From Ministeria vibrans ATCC 50519 (lineage: Eukaryota > Protista > Filasterea), in the NCBI GenBank assembly GCA_943704425.1, contig CALSCP010002154.1, positions 32,127 through 96,126 on the forward strand: a stretch of 64,000 bases of DNA, in the 5' to 3' direction. The translations under genes and the position numbers were made by a program. How positions within the stretch are numbered: position 1 is the first letter of the stretch; every line of letters begins with the position of its first letter. The notes beneath the pieces are model-generated. The model worked only from the letters and a program-made list of their open reading frames with translations, ran no database searches and was not told the DNA's origin. Positions 22,105-34,907 of the stretch are shown here, piece by piece.

Positions 22105-24451
22105 TCATTTTTCATCCTCCTCCTCCTCCTCCTCGCCACTATCACTGTCGGGCGTCTGGAGCCACACAAGAAACTTGTTGACCTTGAAAAGGGCCGTCGT
22201 CTTGCCGGGGTACGTGTCGTTAAGGTCGTCGCGCCACAGCAGGTAGGCCTCTTCGTCGCACACGTCAAAGTCGTACAGGTAGACGAACGCTCGATGGATC
22301 AATCCTATCAGGTTGTGTAGGTATGAAAAGTGAGTGTTGTGTTGTGTTGTGTTTTCGTTGAATCGGCTCGGCTTTGAATACCTTCGGGGAAAGACTGCTC
22401 GTGACAAATAACCTGCAAGGCGTAGACGAGAAGCATTTGCAGCGGAGGGGTCTTCAAGAAGAAGCGCAAGAGCGGGGCGACACGTTGGAAGCGAGCCTTC
22501 TCGGCAGCAGTCGTTGCTGGGGCCGGAGGGTTCGAGGGAAGGGCAAAGCGAAGCACTTCAGAGGAGACAATGTACAGAAAATCGGTTGAGCTGCGCGTCG
22601 TTTCGTCAAATGTCATCTATTAAGGAAAAAAAAAAGCGATAAAAAAAAAAAACGAAAAACAACACAAGAATTGAGCATGCAAAGATACAACAACAAAAAA
22701 AAAAATGTCGGCTTTTACCTTGATCCATTTGGCGACATCTTCGAGTGGCGATTCGGGCAGAAGCGGTGAGAGCTTGTCGCGCAGTTGCATGCGAATGGCG
22801 GGCCAGGGGAAGAGCTCAGAGAGAGAGTGCTGGGCGACCCAGGCAGCCTCCTGCGCGTGCGTGTCGGGAGGTGACTCGGGGAAGAGCGAGGCACGTTGGA
22901 TGCGCCATGATGCTGTAAGAGTGCGCGCTTGCGCTAGGGACACACGCGAGAGAAATACACCGACAGCAGTGCGGGTGTCGGAACCGGTGAACAGGGCAAA
23001 GAATTGCGCAAGTGCCGCGTTGGTGTTGGGTGCTTTGGCGTCGCTGTCGGGCAGACGCACCGCCACGTCAACAAGGAGAGCCGGCAGTGTACGGTCCACT
23101 TGAGGCACATCGAGTCGAATATCGGCGAGTGCCTCGACGCTTGTCTTGACGGCGTCCACCACAACATCCATGCTCATAAGCGCTGGTCGGGTAGAGCGTG
23201 GCTGCGGGGGGGACTGTGCCGGCGACTGTGCGGCACGTCCACTGCGGTTGTCATGCGGATTCAAAGGCGCCGCACTACTGCCCCCACCGCGACCGCCAGG
23301 CGGACTCGCAGTTTTCTTCCAGCCCTTCTTCTTCTTGCGTGCGTCTCCTGAGCTTCCTCCAGCAAAATCTGCATCGTCGTCGTCGTCATCATCTTCGCCA
23401 ATGGCCGAGCGTTGAACGCAGGCGGCCAAAAGGCTGGCGGCGGCAGTGCGACTCTTGTCATCGCCCCTGTCGATGGCACGCGAGAGGGTCATCTCAACGA
23501 GCTCCTGATGAAACTGTGGTGCGCGCAGGTCGCGCACGCATCGCAGTGCTTCGGCCGTGTCGGCGGCGCCACTGAAGAGTTCGTCGAGCAAAAGCGAGGA
23601 CTTGTCGCGTACCTGTTCGGGCGTGAGAACCGGACGAGGTTCTAGCGCTGCAGCACGTTTGGCAGCGAGCATAGCAGCGGCCGTGGCGGCGGCGGCGCTT
23701 TCCGAGGCACTTTCGGGGCTCTCGAGTCGCACGCGTTCCTGCAGACTGTCGCTTTCGCGCTTGTCGACAACACCGCCTGCCTCGCGACGAATTGCATTGA
23801 TGGTCTTGGCACTGGCGACCGCCCGTCGTGGCACCCACTTGTTGTCGCGCAGCTCAATGGTGTTGAGCAAGAGAAAACGGATGCGTGCAGGGAGGCGGGG
23901 GTGATCGGCGAGTCGATGCATGCGGGAGAAGTAGGCAGCCATGTGTTTCGCCGCCTTGGCGTGGTCCAGCACCTTGCCCACCGTGGCCATGAGTTGGCAG
24001 AGACAGTCAATGTCATCTTCGTTAGGGTCCTCCAGGTTGCTCAGGAGCTTTTGCACACAGTCGTGCAACACCTTTTCGCCGACCATGGAACGTTTGCCGA
24101 GTTCGCCGATGAAGCGAATATTGCCGAGCATTTTGAGGCGCAGTCGTGTCCACTGCTCGAATTCGTCCTCGTTCAGCTCGGCGCCCGTTCGCTCGCGAAA
24201 CTCTTCAAAGGCGCGAGAGCGGTTGTCAAACTCTTCGCGACACTTGTGAATGAGCAGCCGTTTGAAGGTGGTTGGCTCGCCAGGCGCGAGTGAACTTGGC
24301 GCGCGGGGCATGCCTGTTTCGACGTCAAAGCAAGGCACACGCTGACTCAGATAATCGCACAGGTCAGCGTACATGCCACTGAAGGTAGGTTCAATGAGAG
24401 CCTAAGCAGAAGAGAGATATAAAAAACAAAGTGATATAGAGGGAGAAGAAT

Positions 24452-24507
<56 letters not shown>

Positions 24508-24900
24508 GGGAGAAAGAAACAAAGTGATAGAGAGAGGAGGGAGAAAGAAACAAAGTGATAGAGAGAAACAAAAAGAAACAAGTGATAGACAAAGTAATAG
24601 AGACACAAAAAGAAACAAGTGATACTGATAGACAAAAGACAAAGTAATAGAGAGAAACAGACAAGTGATAGGAAAAAAGGAATAGAGAGAAAAAAAAAAG
24701 ACAAAAAAGAGTGTCTGGAGTACCTTCTCGAAGAGCAAGACAACGACGCCACGCAGAATAGTTTCGCTCGTTACGCCGACATGTACAAATTGGGGTGCGA
24801 TCCGAGGGAATTTGTCAATGGTGAGTTTGTTGAGCAGGCTAGACAGCGGGCGGGGGGGGAGGGAGGGGGAGGGGGTCAGGCGGCGTCGCGTTCTTTCCGG

Positions 24901-24941
<41 letters not shown>

Positions 24942-25256
24942 GCAGTGCGGTACCTTCGAACGTTGCGAAACACATGTTCATCGCTGCTGGCCGTCTCCTC
25001 CGTCCGCAACGCACTAGGAGACACCCATGGAGCGTCGCTCGAATGGAGCTTCACTGCCGAATGCTGATGCGAAACAAGACAGAGAAGGAAAAAACGAAAA
25101 AAAAAAAAATGAGCGCCAAGAGGAAAAATGAAAGAACATGAAGAAAAGGGCAATCGGAGAGAGGCGTTGAAGGAACGAGTGGAAGTCACTTACGGTGCCG
25201 CGGCTGCGGTAGGAGGAAGAACGACCGTGCGGTGCGTCTGCTCCTTTATACGACAG
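22105..25256 (-). CDS. EIF4G2: eIF4G2/DAP5/NAT1-type initiation factor (MIF4G-MA3-W2), probable CUG start at 25256
   Basis: FRNVRSLLNKLT, VGVTSETILRGVV, MLGNIRFIGEL, RIRFLL, W2 end EEAYLLWRDD..YPGKTTALFKVNKFLVWL; short N-terminus without the long eIF4E/PABP-binding region. Confidence 0.85.
24421..24700. repeat. Intronic (GA)n plus AAACAAAGTGATAGAGAG-family repeat
   Basis: Directly visible. Confidence 0.8.
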
Positions 25257-25477
25257 TTTGAGGTCTTCTTGTTTGAAAAAAGGGGGTTTGAGGGGAAAGA
25301 GAGGCAGGCGGACACGCCAAACAGTGAGAGGGACTGGAAAGGGGGGGTGTGTCAATAGTAATTCGTGGCCAAGTAAGGCGCAAATTAATTGAAAATTGAA
25401 ATTAATTTCGATCGTCGATTCGACGGCGGATTCGTGAACGTTTTTTGAACTTCTCATCTCAACTCTTTTTTTCCAAC

Positions 25478-26674
25478 ATGAATACATTGCCTCTGGAGAT
25501 TAAACATGCGATTATTGCTTTGTGTGATCCCGAGTCAACTTGGGCTCTTTCGCTTGTGAGTCGAGAATGGCGTTTCGCAGTGTGTGGCGATGGATTTCGA
25601 ACGCTTTCCAATACCCTCTACCAACGCGACTCTGTTCGCGCACTGGAAGTGTTGCTACGGATGAGTACACGTGAAAGTGCATGGCACACGGTGGGGCAAG
25701 TGCCGATGGCAAAGGCATCGTGGATTTTGAGGCAGGCCGGACACATAGGTGCCTTTCGTGTTGTCGAATTGATTCTGCGCTCGAGCACTCACCCGCTCCT
25801 CTTGGACTACATGAATGCTCTTGTGCGTGCCAGCAGGGTGGGTCGCGTTGATGTGGTCGACAGGCTGCTGTCGGAGCAGCGCTTTGAATTTGACGGGCTG
25901 TACGCTGCGCCATTTTTTGAAGCGGCTGCGCTGGCGGGACAGGTTGGGGTTGTTGAGCTGCTTCTGTCACACCCACGGTTCCATGTGGACTCGCACGAAT
26001 TGGATGGAGTCTTTGAGGTTGCCTGCTGCCATGGTGTTGCGGGCGTGGTGGCGTGTCTCTTGGGCGATCCAATCATCAATAGTCTGGATAGGGTTGGTGA
26101 ACACTCTGCGGCCGCCCGGGCGTTGCTTGGCGCCTGTCGATTCAACCACACGGATGTAATTGAGGTGATTCTTGTCGATGGACGTTTGGATCCATCGCTG
26201 TGTAATAATCAGCTCATGCGCTGGGCGGCCGAGCGGGGACACACTTCGATTGTTGCTCAGTTATTGGCGGACGCCCGTGTTGATCCTGGTGTAGACGACA
26301 ACTATCCCTTTCGCTATGCGTGCAGCGAGGGACACCTTGCCGTTGTCAAGTTACTTCTGGGCGACCCACGCGTTGACCCGACAGCCGTCGACAACGACGC
26401 CTTTCGCGCCGCCTGTGTCAACAACCACCTTGCCACGGCGCGTGTCTTGCTTGCCGAGCCCCGTATCGATCCGACGGCGCGACAACACTATGCCTTGCGA
26501 TTTGCCAGTCTGCGCAGCCATCATTCCATGGTAAATTTACTGCTGGCTGATCGACGGATCGACGCCACAGTACTTGACTCGTATGCCTTGCGTGCGGCGC
26601 GCAGGTACGGAAGCCAACCTCAAACGGATGTGGATTGGGAAGATATCAATGACGTCTTTTGTTCAATAATGTAA
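25478..26674 (+). CDS. Intronless F-box-like + ankyrin-repeat protein, 398 aa
   Basis: N-terminal LPLEIKHAII..LSLVSREWR; repeated A..GH..VV.LLL.D.RVDP units. Confidence 0.85.
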   Translation: MNTLPLEIKHAIIALCDPESTWALSLVSREWRFAVCGDGFRTLSNTLYQRDSVRALEVLLRMSTRESAWHTVGQVPMAKASWILRQAGHIGAFRVVELILRSSTHPLLLDYMNALVRASRVGRVDVVDRLLSEQRFEFDGLYAAPFFEAAALAGQVGVVELLLSHPRFHVDSHELDGVFEVACCHGVAGVVACLLGDPIINSLDRVGEHSAAARALLGACRFNHTDVIEVILVDGRLDPSLCNNQLMRWAAERGHTSIVAQLLADARVDPGVDDNYPFRYACSEGHLAVVKLLLGDPRVDPTAVDNDAFRAACVNNHLATARVLLAEPRIDPTARQHYALRFASLRSHHSMVNLLLADRRIDATVLDSYALRAARRYGSQPQTDVDWEDINDVFCSIM

Positions 26675-26944
26675 TGAATTGTATTTGTGAAGTGAGCGCA
26701 ATATCAGCGCATACGTTTCTTTCAGTCCGCTAAAAGAACCAAGGATACATGCCATGTAGCGGGCGATTTCTCGGGTATAAAATTATTATTAAAATATGTA
26801 ATAAATAATAAGAATAAAACGGTGTGTGTGAAACCCATTCGATACAGTCACTAAATAGTAGAAGAAGAAGAAGACATTTCCAATTTATTATCACAATTCA
26901 CAAACGAAAAGCGACAACGCAAACAGCTCAGAACCATTTTCTAA

Positions 26945-27235
<291 letters not shown>

Positions 27236-27341
27236 ATATTAATTTTTTTTATTTCATCCGTCAAGTCACGTAACGTCCAAACTGCCTTACTCTGGATACT
27301 CAAGATAGTAGATCACTTAAAATATTTCAAGTTTCTTATCA

Positions 27342-29038
27342 ATGTCGACTACAGTGGCTGCCGCCTCTGCTGTGGCAACGGCGGCTGTGGCTACCGCTGT
27401 TGCAACAGCTTCATCGACAATTTTGCCGAGTCCGATTTTGAGCAATGCCATTCTACAGAATGTGTGGGTCTCAGTGGGCTGCGGCATCATTGGTGGCGTC
27501 TTGACCTTTCTTGGCTACAGAATATTCCGCTTGGCGGCCTTCTTTTGCGCCTTTTGCATCGTAATGGGGGACAATAGAATCTACCTTGGTGGCCGTCGAC
27601 TGACTCTCTTCGTGTAGGGCTTTGTGCTGTGGTACGTGTTCTCGCCGCACATGTTCACAACATCGATATGCTGTGGACCCAATGGAAAGGAGTGGGGTAG
27701 GGAGCAGTGGTCGTGGCACGAGACTGGAGGAGAAGACCTTTTTCAAACTATTCGGTTATTTCTTTTAGTGCATTATTTGACGTCGTCTATTGTTGGACTT
27801 GTCTTTGGCCTTCTTGCAATGTTCCTCATTAGAGTGGGGGTTTTCATGATTGGTGCCTGTCTTGGCATTGTGATTGCTACTATTGCAATGTCGACGCCCC
27901 TTGGTACACGAGAATGCAATTGTGTCATTTGGGGTTGTCTCTTGTTTCTCTTCCGTCTCTCCAGTCTCTCTCTCTCTCTCTCCTGTTTCTTCCGTCTCTC
28001 TCTCTATCACTGTGTTTCTCTCTCTCTCTTTCTCTATCACTTTGTTTCTCTCTCTCTCTCTATCACTTTGTTTCTCTCTCTCTCTATCACTTTGTTTCTC
28101 TCTCTCTCTCTATCACTTTGTTTCTCTCTCTCTCTATCACTTTGTTTCTTTCTCCCTCCTTTTTCTCTCTCTATCTCTCTCTCATTATTCTCTCTTAACT
28201 CTCTCTCATTATTCTCTCTTAACTCTCTCTCTATCACACACACTCTCTCTCACTATCACTCTGTTTCTCTTCCCCCCTTCTTTCTATCACTTTGTTTTCT
28301 CCCTCACTCTCTCTCTCTGTTTTTTCAATCTCTCCTTTCTATCTCACTTTTGTTTCTTTTCCTCTTCTTTCTCTGCCTATGCTTTGACTTGTTCTTCATA
28401 TGCATTTCACTCACTGCGCCCGTCTTCTTTTCTTTTGACTCTTTCCCTCCAGCAACATCGTCATTTTTCGCAAGCAATGCGGCGTACGGCACCTTCTACG
28501 CCTTGTGCGCGCTTGCGACGGGTATTGTGGCGTGTCTGCTTGAGAAGCTTACAATCATCCTTGCTACGTCCATTGGCGGTGCCTTTGCCGTGTTTCTTGC
28601 CATTGACTATTGGGTTCAGAGCAACTTTAGCAAGTCGGTTGAGATGTTTCTGCAGCGCGTTGCCGAGTCCGTCCAGGAAGGGTTTCAGTCGCGACACACA
28701 AATGTTAGTACCGTCACTCAGAATTACGCGTGGAATGGAAAAGGTATATGCAATATAGAAGAAGTGTCTTTGTCACCCTCATAATTATTATTGTTTGCGC
28801 TTTCTCTGAAGACTTTGGGATGTGTGTTGGGTGGGCGATTCTTTCGCTGTTTGGCATCTACATCCAGTTTGTGTATACGTCGCGGAACGTATCGCACCGC
28901 AAGACCAAGGACAAGGCGAAGAAGCTGGAGGCACAGGTGAAGGAGCAGCAGAGGGCATTGCAGAAGCAAAACGAGTTGGTTGTGCCACTGTTGGCGGCGC
29001 AGGAGCCCGATGCGATGGAGATGAGGCCCGTGACGTGA
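27342..29038 (+). CDS. TMEM198/DUF4203-like multi-pass membrane protein, multi-exon
   Basis: GGVLTFLGYRIFR, GVFMIGACLG, IILATSIGGAFAVFLAIDYW, W..L..FGIYIQF. Confidence 0.7.
27960..28330. repeat. Intronic CTATCACTTTGTTT(CT)n-family repeat
   Basis: Directly visible. Confidence 0.8.
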
Positions 29039-29149
29039 AAGTGCGTGCATGTGTGTGTGTGTGTCTTTTTTTTGTTTCAGAGGGTGTTGTACAGTGTATT
29101 TATTCTGATTTACTTCAAGTGAGAGAGAGAGAGAGTGTGTGTGTGTGGG

Positions 29150-30016
29150 CTACTTCTTGAGGGAGGCTGCTGCTTCTCGCGCGCGTGCTACTGCTTGTTT
29201 GAGCGCCTGTGCAGTGTTCTGTGGCTGTGCTGTTGTGGTGGTGGTGGTGGTGGTGGCCGTCGTCGTCGAAGATGACGCCGTAGAAGGGAGTGCCGTGGCT
29301 GGAACAAAGTCAACGGTGGTTCGCTGACGCATTTCGCGCGCTCGTGTCTCCATGTAGACGCTTTGCTGTTCGCCCAGTTGTTTGTAGTGGCTGTCCGCAC
29401 CAAACAGACTCGACTGCGGATCGTACACCTCGGTGGGCAGATTGCTGCCTCGCTCGTCGACACCACACAGGTCTGTGAGCTTTTCGTAGATAGTGGGGTT
29501 GTGGAAGTGCTTGTGGCGCCGGAGCTCGTCGTTGACATTGCGACCCGTCGATTCGCGAACGGCCAGAAACCTCCGGACGTTTCGTTCGACATCCGTCGTC
29601 ATGGGTCTCCCAGCGACATTGTCAACGTCCAGCGTACACAAAGAGGTGTCAAGGAAGGGTCCTGTGCGTGCGCCGACGCTGCCAAGCATCGGATCGCACG
29701 AGGGTAGCTCGTCAAAGATCAACGGGGTCGCATCAAAATTCGACCGGGCCGTTGCGGTGTTTGCTGTGCTTGCGGCGGTCGATGCGGGCGCGATGCCAGG
29801 AACCGTCACCCGACCAACTGTGGTGGCGCTGTGGCTGTCGCTGAGGTCGTTCTCGTGCACTTGTTGTTGATTCGCACTGTCCTCTTCCTCTTCGTCATCA
29901 TCATAGCCAACAATCAGTTTGGCACCGGGAGGACTCGCACTGCGGCGGCGAGACGAACTATCTCCAGGCGATCCCTCATCGTCACTGTAGTCGGCTGCGA
30001 CCAGTTTCAACGACAT
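29150..30016 (-). CDS. SAP30BP: SAP30-binding protein (HCNGP-like), 288 aa
   Basis: LVAADYSDDE start; FHNPTIYEKL...GVDERGSNLP.EVYDP..DSHYKQL. Confidence 0.8.
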   Translation of the reverse strand: MSLKLVAADYSDDEGSPGDSSSRRRSASPPGAKLIVGYDDDEEEEDSANQQQVHENDLSDSHSATTVGRVTVPGIAPASTAASTANTATARSNFDATPLIFDELPSCDPMLGSVGARTGPFLDTSLCTLDVDNVAGRPMTTDVERNVRRFLAVRESTGRNVNDELRRHKHFHNPTIYEKLTDLCGVDERGSNLPTEVYDPQSSLFGADSHYKQLGEQQSVYMETRAREMRQRTTVDFVPATALPSTASSSTTTATTTTTTTTAQPQNTAQALKQAVARAREAAASLKK

Positions 30017-30651
30017 GAGAGAATAAAACTTTTTTAAAAAAAACAAACTGATGTGATATCCCTCAGGGAAAGAATTCACACACACACACGCACACAAATT
30101 ATATTGGCAGATTCGGCCCCAGAATCCCGACTATGGTGAGTGCGCTCACTGTGCGTAGTGTGCTGTGTGCCAGTGTGGTCGATCTGCATTCTACTCAATT
30201 GTGATTTATGAGTATTGACTTGAATTTTCCCCGTAATTTCATCGAACTTTTTCGTACATCTTTTGGGTCACTTACCACACTAAACACTTTCCACGGTCTT
30301 AAACTAACCGTAAACCAATTTCAACCTTTTATAAATGATAATTTATGTTATTTTTAGAATTATTTCATCATACACACAAAAACAAAATAAATTATTCATG
30401 TTGCAATCAAGATTTCACACACACACAATTTCTCATTCCGCCCACACCGCTTCCTCTCTAGATCTGGTCCCGAATCGCTTCGACGCAACTATGACTAATG
30501 ATACAATATACAAAATACGCCACTATTCACTGTGCAAGGCTGTATCAAAGCGATGATCAGCGACAATGCAAACTCATTTCACACATTTTATTCTCAACTA
30601 AAAATTCACTTTTATTCACTTTTCAGAAACTTATTTTGTTTCATCAATACT

Positions 30652-31896
30652 ATGACATTCGTGGCGTGGCCCTCGATCAAGCAGCTACACGGGGTTGTGG
30701 CGGCGGTGCGTAAATTGCGCTGTCAAGAAGACATGGTCGAGTTTCGCGGGAAAATCAAACTGCACGGCACCAATGGCGCCGTGGGCATTGTTCGCGACGC
30801 AGACGGCAGCATCTGCGTGCATGCGCAGAGCCGCAACCGTGTGCTCACCCGTGAGAGCGACAATGCCAGCTTTGCCTCGTCGCTGTTGCCGCACGAAGAA
30901 TATTTCCGTCATGTCTTCCGCCGAGTTGCGGCCATCCACGACTCCGTCAGGCGCGTCGTTGTCTACGGCGAATGGTGTGGTCCTGGTATCAACAGCGGCG
31001 TGGCCCTGACGAAGCTGCCTCAGAAGCAGTTCTGCGTCTTCTCCCTCTTGGTCGACGAAATGCTCGTCAGCGACCCATCGACCATTGCCGACTTGCTCCC
31101 GCTCCACGAGCGCCCCGACTTCCTTCATGTGCTACCATGGCACTCGGTGGTGGTGCGAACGACCCCGGATGCCGATGCCAGTGGCGAAACGGCCGGCCCT
31201 GCCACCCACGACGACAAGAACGCGCCCGAGCAAGTGCGCATCAACTTCCGCGACTTTGAAGCGTCTGCCAAGGACGTCGAGCGCGTCAACGAGCTTGTCT
31301 ATGCCATTGATGCCGTCTGTCCTTGGACGCTCGCCACGTTTGGCGTGACCGGAAACGGCGAAGGTCTTGTTTGGTATCCCGTTTCGTTGGAGACGAACGA
31401 GTTGTGGATTTGCGACGATGACAGAGGCAACGAGGACGGAGACGACGACGACGACGACGAGGAGGAGGAAGAAGAAGAGAAGGACACGGTGCCTTCGGGG
31501 GAAAGCGTGCCTGCTCCCTTTCCGCACCTGAGAAGGAAGATGTTTGCGCGCTATGCGTTCAAGGCCAAGGGCGAGGCGCACACAATCCCCACCAAGAATG
31601 CGTCCACGAGGAAACAGCCAGCGCAACTGTTGCCAGAAGAGGCCAAGTCGATTCACGAGTATGTAAACCTGGCCGTGACAGAAGCACGTCTACGCCAGGG
31701 GCTCACCGAGGTGCTGGGCGTCGACTACGACCACAAGACGTCGCCCCCTAAGAAGCGCACCAACAACTTCCGCCAGTGGATTCTGGCCGACGTGCAGAAG
31801 GAGATGGGGCCCGAACTTGAGGCAGCCAATCTCACGTGGCAGCAGGTCGTGTCGTACGTGGGACAGCGTGCTGTGCAGTGGTACATTAACGCATAA
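30652..31896 (+). CDS. Intronless ATP-dependent RNA ligase (Rnl2/DRB0094-like), 414 aa
   Basis: Nucleotidyltransferase motifs KLHGTN (I), QSRNR (Ia), YGEWCGPGI (III), GEGLVW (IV), FKAKGE (V). Confidence 0.75.
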   Translation: MTFVAWPSIKQLHGVVAAVRKLRCQEDMVEFRGKIKLHGTNGAVGIVRDADGSICVHAQSRNRVLTRESDNASFASSLLPHEEYFRHVFRRVAAIHDSVRRVVVYGEWCGPGINSGVALTKLPQKQFCVFSLLVDEMLVSDPSTIADLLPLHERPDFLHVLPWHSVVVRTTPDADASGETAGPATHDDKNAPEQVRINFRDFEASAKDVERVNELVYAIDAVCPWTLATFGVTGNGEGLVWYPVSLETNELWICDDDRGNEDGDDDDDDEEEEEEEKDTVPSGESVPAPFPHLRRKMFARYAFKAKGEAHTIPTKNASTRKQPAQLLPEEAKSIHEYVNLAVTEARLRQGLTEVLGVDYDHKTSPPKKRTNNFRQWILADVQKEMGPELEAANLTWQQVVSYVGQRAVQWYINA

Positions 31897-32188
31897 AAAT
31901 GCTATCCATAAGTTTTAATAATTATAATACACAATTTTTGTTATTCTTCTTAATACAAAAGATCGTGAAAACAAACATCTACTGAGACTAATTTCATCAA
32001 AAAGGAAACATATAATAACAGCAACTTTTTCATACGTTGGTGTGTATGACAAGAAACTGAACTTATGGAGGTGGGCATGAACTTGTCCTCATATCGAAAA
32101 AGCATACATGTGTTTTAATAATAATTTCAATAGTGAGTAAAGTGAGTGCAGTTTGCGTGAAAAATGCGTCGTTTATGTAGACAAACCT

Positions 32189-34285
32189 TCACTTGAGAGA
32201 ATCACGTACAAAGCGACGCAATTGGAGCACCTGCGCTTCGGCGGCGCTGTGTGTATCCATGTCAGTATCAACAAGCGACTCGAGGGCGTCGGCGTGGCGT
32301 TTGAAGTCGGCAAGAAAGGCACGCAGGGAACGCTCATTAGTGTCGTGCTGGAGGGCGCGGAAGGAGCGAAGGGGCGCAGCGAGAGCATCGCGCAGACGCG
32401 CGTGCGTGCATGTGTGGTGCTCGAGCACAAACTGCGCGCAGCAGTCGAGAGTGCGTGTGTGAGCGTGCACTTGCAGCAACGGCGGTGCTGTCTGTGCCTG
32501 TACCTGTGCTTGAAAGGCGTGGTCGGTGCGTGCACGCAGAGACGCACAAACGTGCTCAGTGGCGCGCAGGAGTGCACCAAGAACGTGCGAAATGGTGTCG
32601 CGGTGACGCGGCGCAAACGGAGGCAAGCGCGCAAGAAGCTGATCAAGCGAGGGAAGACGCGTGCCGTCGGGGAGCGTTGTGTTTGCGAGAGACGGAGTGG
32701 GAGCGGCGGGAACGAGCACAGCAAGCGAGAGCAGCTCATGCGCACACTCGCGCACACGTCGCCGTGTGTCACGTAGCTGACGACCCAACGAGCGTAGTCC
32801 ACTCTCCTTTTCTTCGTTTTTTCGTTCTTCTTCTTCTTCTTCTTCTAACTCCTCTCTGCCAAATTGGACTGCAAGTGACTGTGTCAGGGCTTCAAGTCGT
32901 CCATAGAGATCCCGCAAAGAGCCTTCAAGACGTGAGACGTGCCGTAGATTCAGATGCTCAATGCGTCCGCTGCACACGTCCAGCAGGGTCGTCGCCCCTT
33001 CCGCTGCCTTCTCTCCTCGATACGGGTTCGAAAAGGCCACAAAATCGTCCACAATGCAATCGTGTGCGTCAAGTGCGTCTCCTGCACTGCGTAGCGTCCC
33101 TCGCAAACGACCCACAAGGCTTTCTAGTGCACCTACTTGCCTCACTCCATCCTCTCTCAGTCGCTCTAGCTCTTGCTCCAGTGCCCCACTCACGTTCTCT
33201 AGCTCACCCATGGCCCTTCGGCGCGTCTCCAGTGCACGCGCTTGCACCGCCACCCGCCGCTCCATTTGCACCAGCTGACACTTCAAGACATGTACACGAC
33301 GTACATCAATTTCTCCTTCACGTGTCGTCGTCAGTCGCTCGACAATATCGCGCAGCTCTTCAACGTTGCTCCTTTTTTTATCCGTTTTCATCGATCTTGT
33401 CAGAGATCGTCGCAGTCGTTCTTCTCTTCGAGCAGTCAACGATGAAAAAGACGACGATGAAGGCATGTCCTCCCTCTGTTCTTGTTGCGCTATCAAACGG
33501 ACTCCTGTCGCCTCCTCTTCCTCCTCCTCCTCCTCCACTACCTCTTCCTCCCCTCTTTTTCTTTCTCTTTCTGGCTCTACCATCTTTTCTTCGTTGTCCT
33601 CTTGCACCGCCACGACCGGTTGCCAGTTGCGCTCGCGCGCCCTCAATTCGGCGACTGTGGGTGCTCGTCGACGACGCTGTGCATTCCTTGTGTGCTGCTG
33701 CTGCTCATTCAGACGTGTCTCCATCCGTAAGTCGGCCTCGCTCGGCACCCGCACATCAACCCCAACGCCTTGCCATCGGGCCTCACGTTCGCGTAGCTCG
33801 CTGCTTGACGGGCGTCGCGTTGGGCGATCGCGCCGAGTCACAACACTCGCCACAAAGTGCATTGCCGCGTAAACCTCGTTGCGCTTCGTCAGCGACCTCA
33901 ACACCGCTGCTGAGATCGACGTGTAGCCAACCACACCCAGGTCGCGTACAATGATCTGAAGAATGGAGGCGGGCAGGAGAGAGTGAGCATACCCCCACAC
34001 GAAGCAAATGCAAAGCATCACACAAGTTCACACCTTGCTCAAGAATCGAGCAAACGCCGCGTCCCGCACTTGAATGGTCTCAGGCGGTTCGCTGGAAAGA
34101 ATCTGAGCACGTCGCTCGCGTGCACGCTCTCGTGACATGTGTGTGGTGTCCGGCAGACCACACTGGTCAAGAAGCGTTGCAAAGACACGCTGTCTCATTG
34201 ACCACGACAACTCGGCCAACTCCTCTTCGCTCACGTCACTCAGTCCTTCTAGGCGCCTTAGCGCCATCTGTAGCCGCAGAGCCAT
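32189..34285 (-). CDS. Uncharacterised coiled-coil protein, 2 exons
   Basis: ATG exon from 34285 splices in frame into a long E/R/L-rich ORF; no family recognised. Confidence 0.6.
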
Positions 34286-34524
34286 TGAAAACAAATTGTG
34301 TGATGAATATTCACAAAACAAAAAATATAAGAAACATAATTATAGATAATCAAATTTGGAAATGTCTTCTTCTTCTTCAAATTATCAAGAAGACGTAACA
34401 ATTTTAGTCGAGCTGTCAATGTATTTTGCCGGACAAAGTGAGGGTATAATTATTATTGATTTATTTTTCTTAATCATTCAAAAGTATAAAATAAGTATTT
34501 GAAATTACACAAACTTTTTTTTTA

Positions 34525-34865
34525 CTACGTCAAGCTGTCAATGTACGCCTTTGCCTTTTCCATTTCGTGTAAGAACGTGTAGAACTGTGGGAGAGTCAGC
34601 TCTGAGAAAGAGAAAAAAAAAACACAAAAAAAGACCCATTAGTTTCTCATTGTATCAAATTGTATCTTACCCATAAAGACGTTTTCGGTCTTTGAAGCGC
34701 CCTTGTCAAGGACCAGTTTGAGCTGCAAGAAGGTTGAGCCAGCCCGTCGCAGCTCATCTGTGCCCGCAGTCACTAAAATTGAATCGTGAGTGAATAAAAA
34801 TAGATAGAGAATCGAGATCGGAGTCATTATGATTCACATTGTTTTTAATAATAATAAATTTATTC

Positions 34866-34907
<42 letters not shown>

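Noticed and set aside
25457-25487. AUG starts for eIF4G2 offered by the ORF track
   Set aside because: They abut or overlap the divergent gene's start and would translate an AT-rich promoter-like segment; kept only as the alternative to the CUG hypothesis.
32410-33954. Long antisense/overlapping ORF (514 aa; also 11430-12260, 13295-14071, 36541-37386)
   Set aside because: Shadow ORFs opposite GC-rich coding exons with no recognisable motifs.
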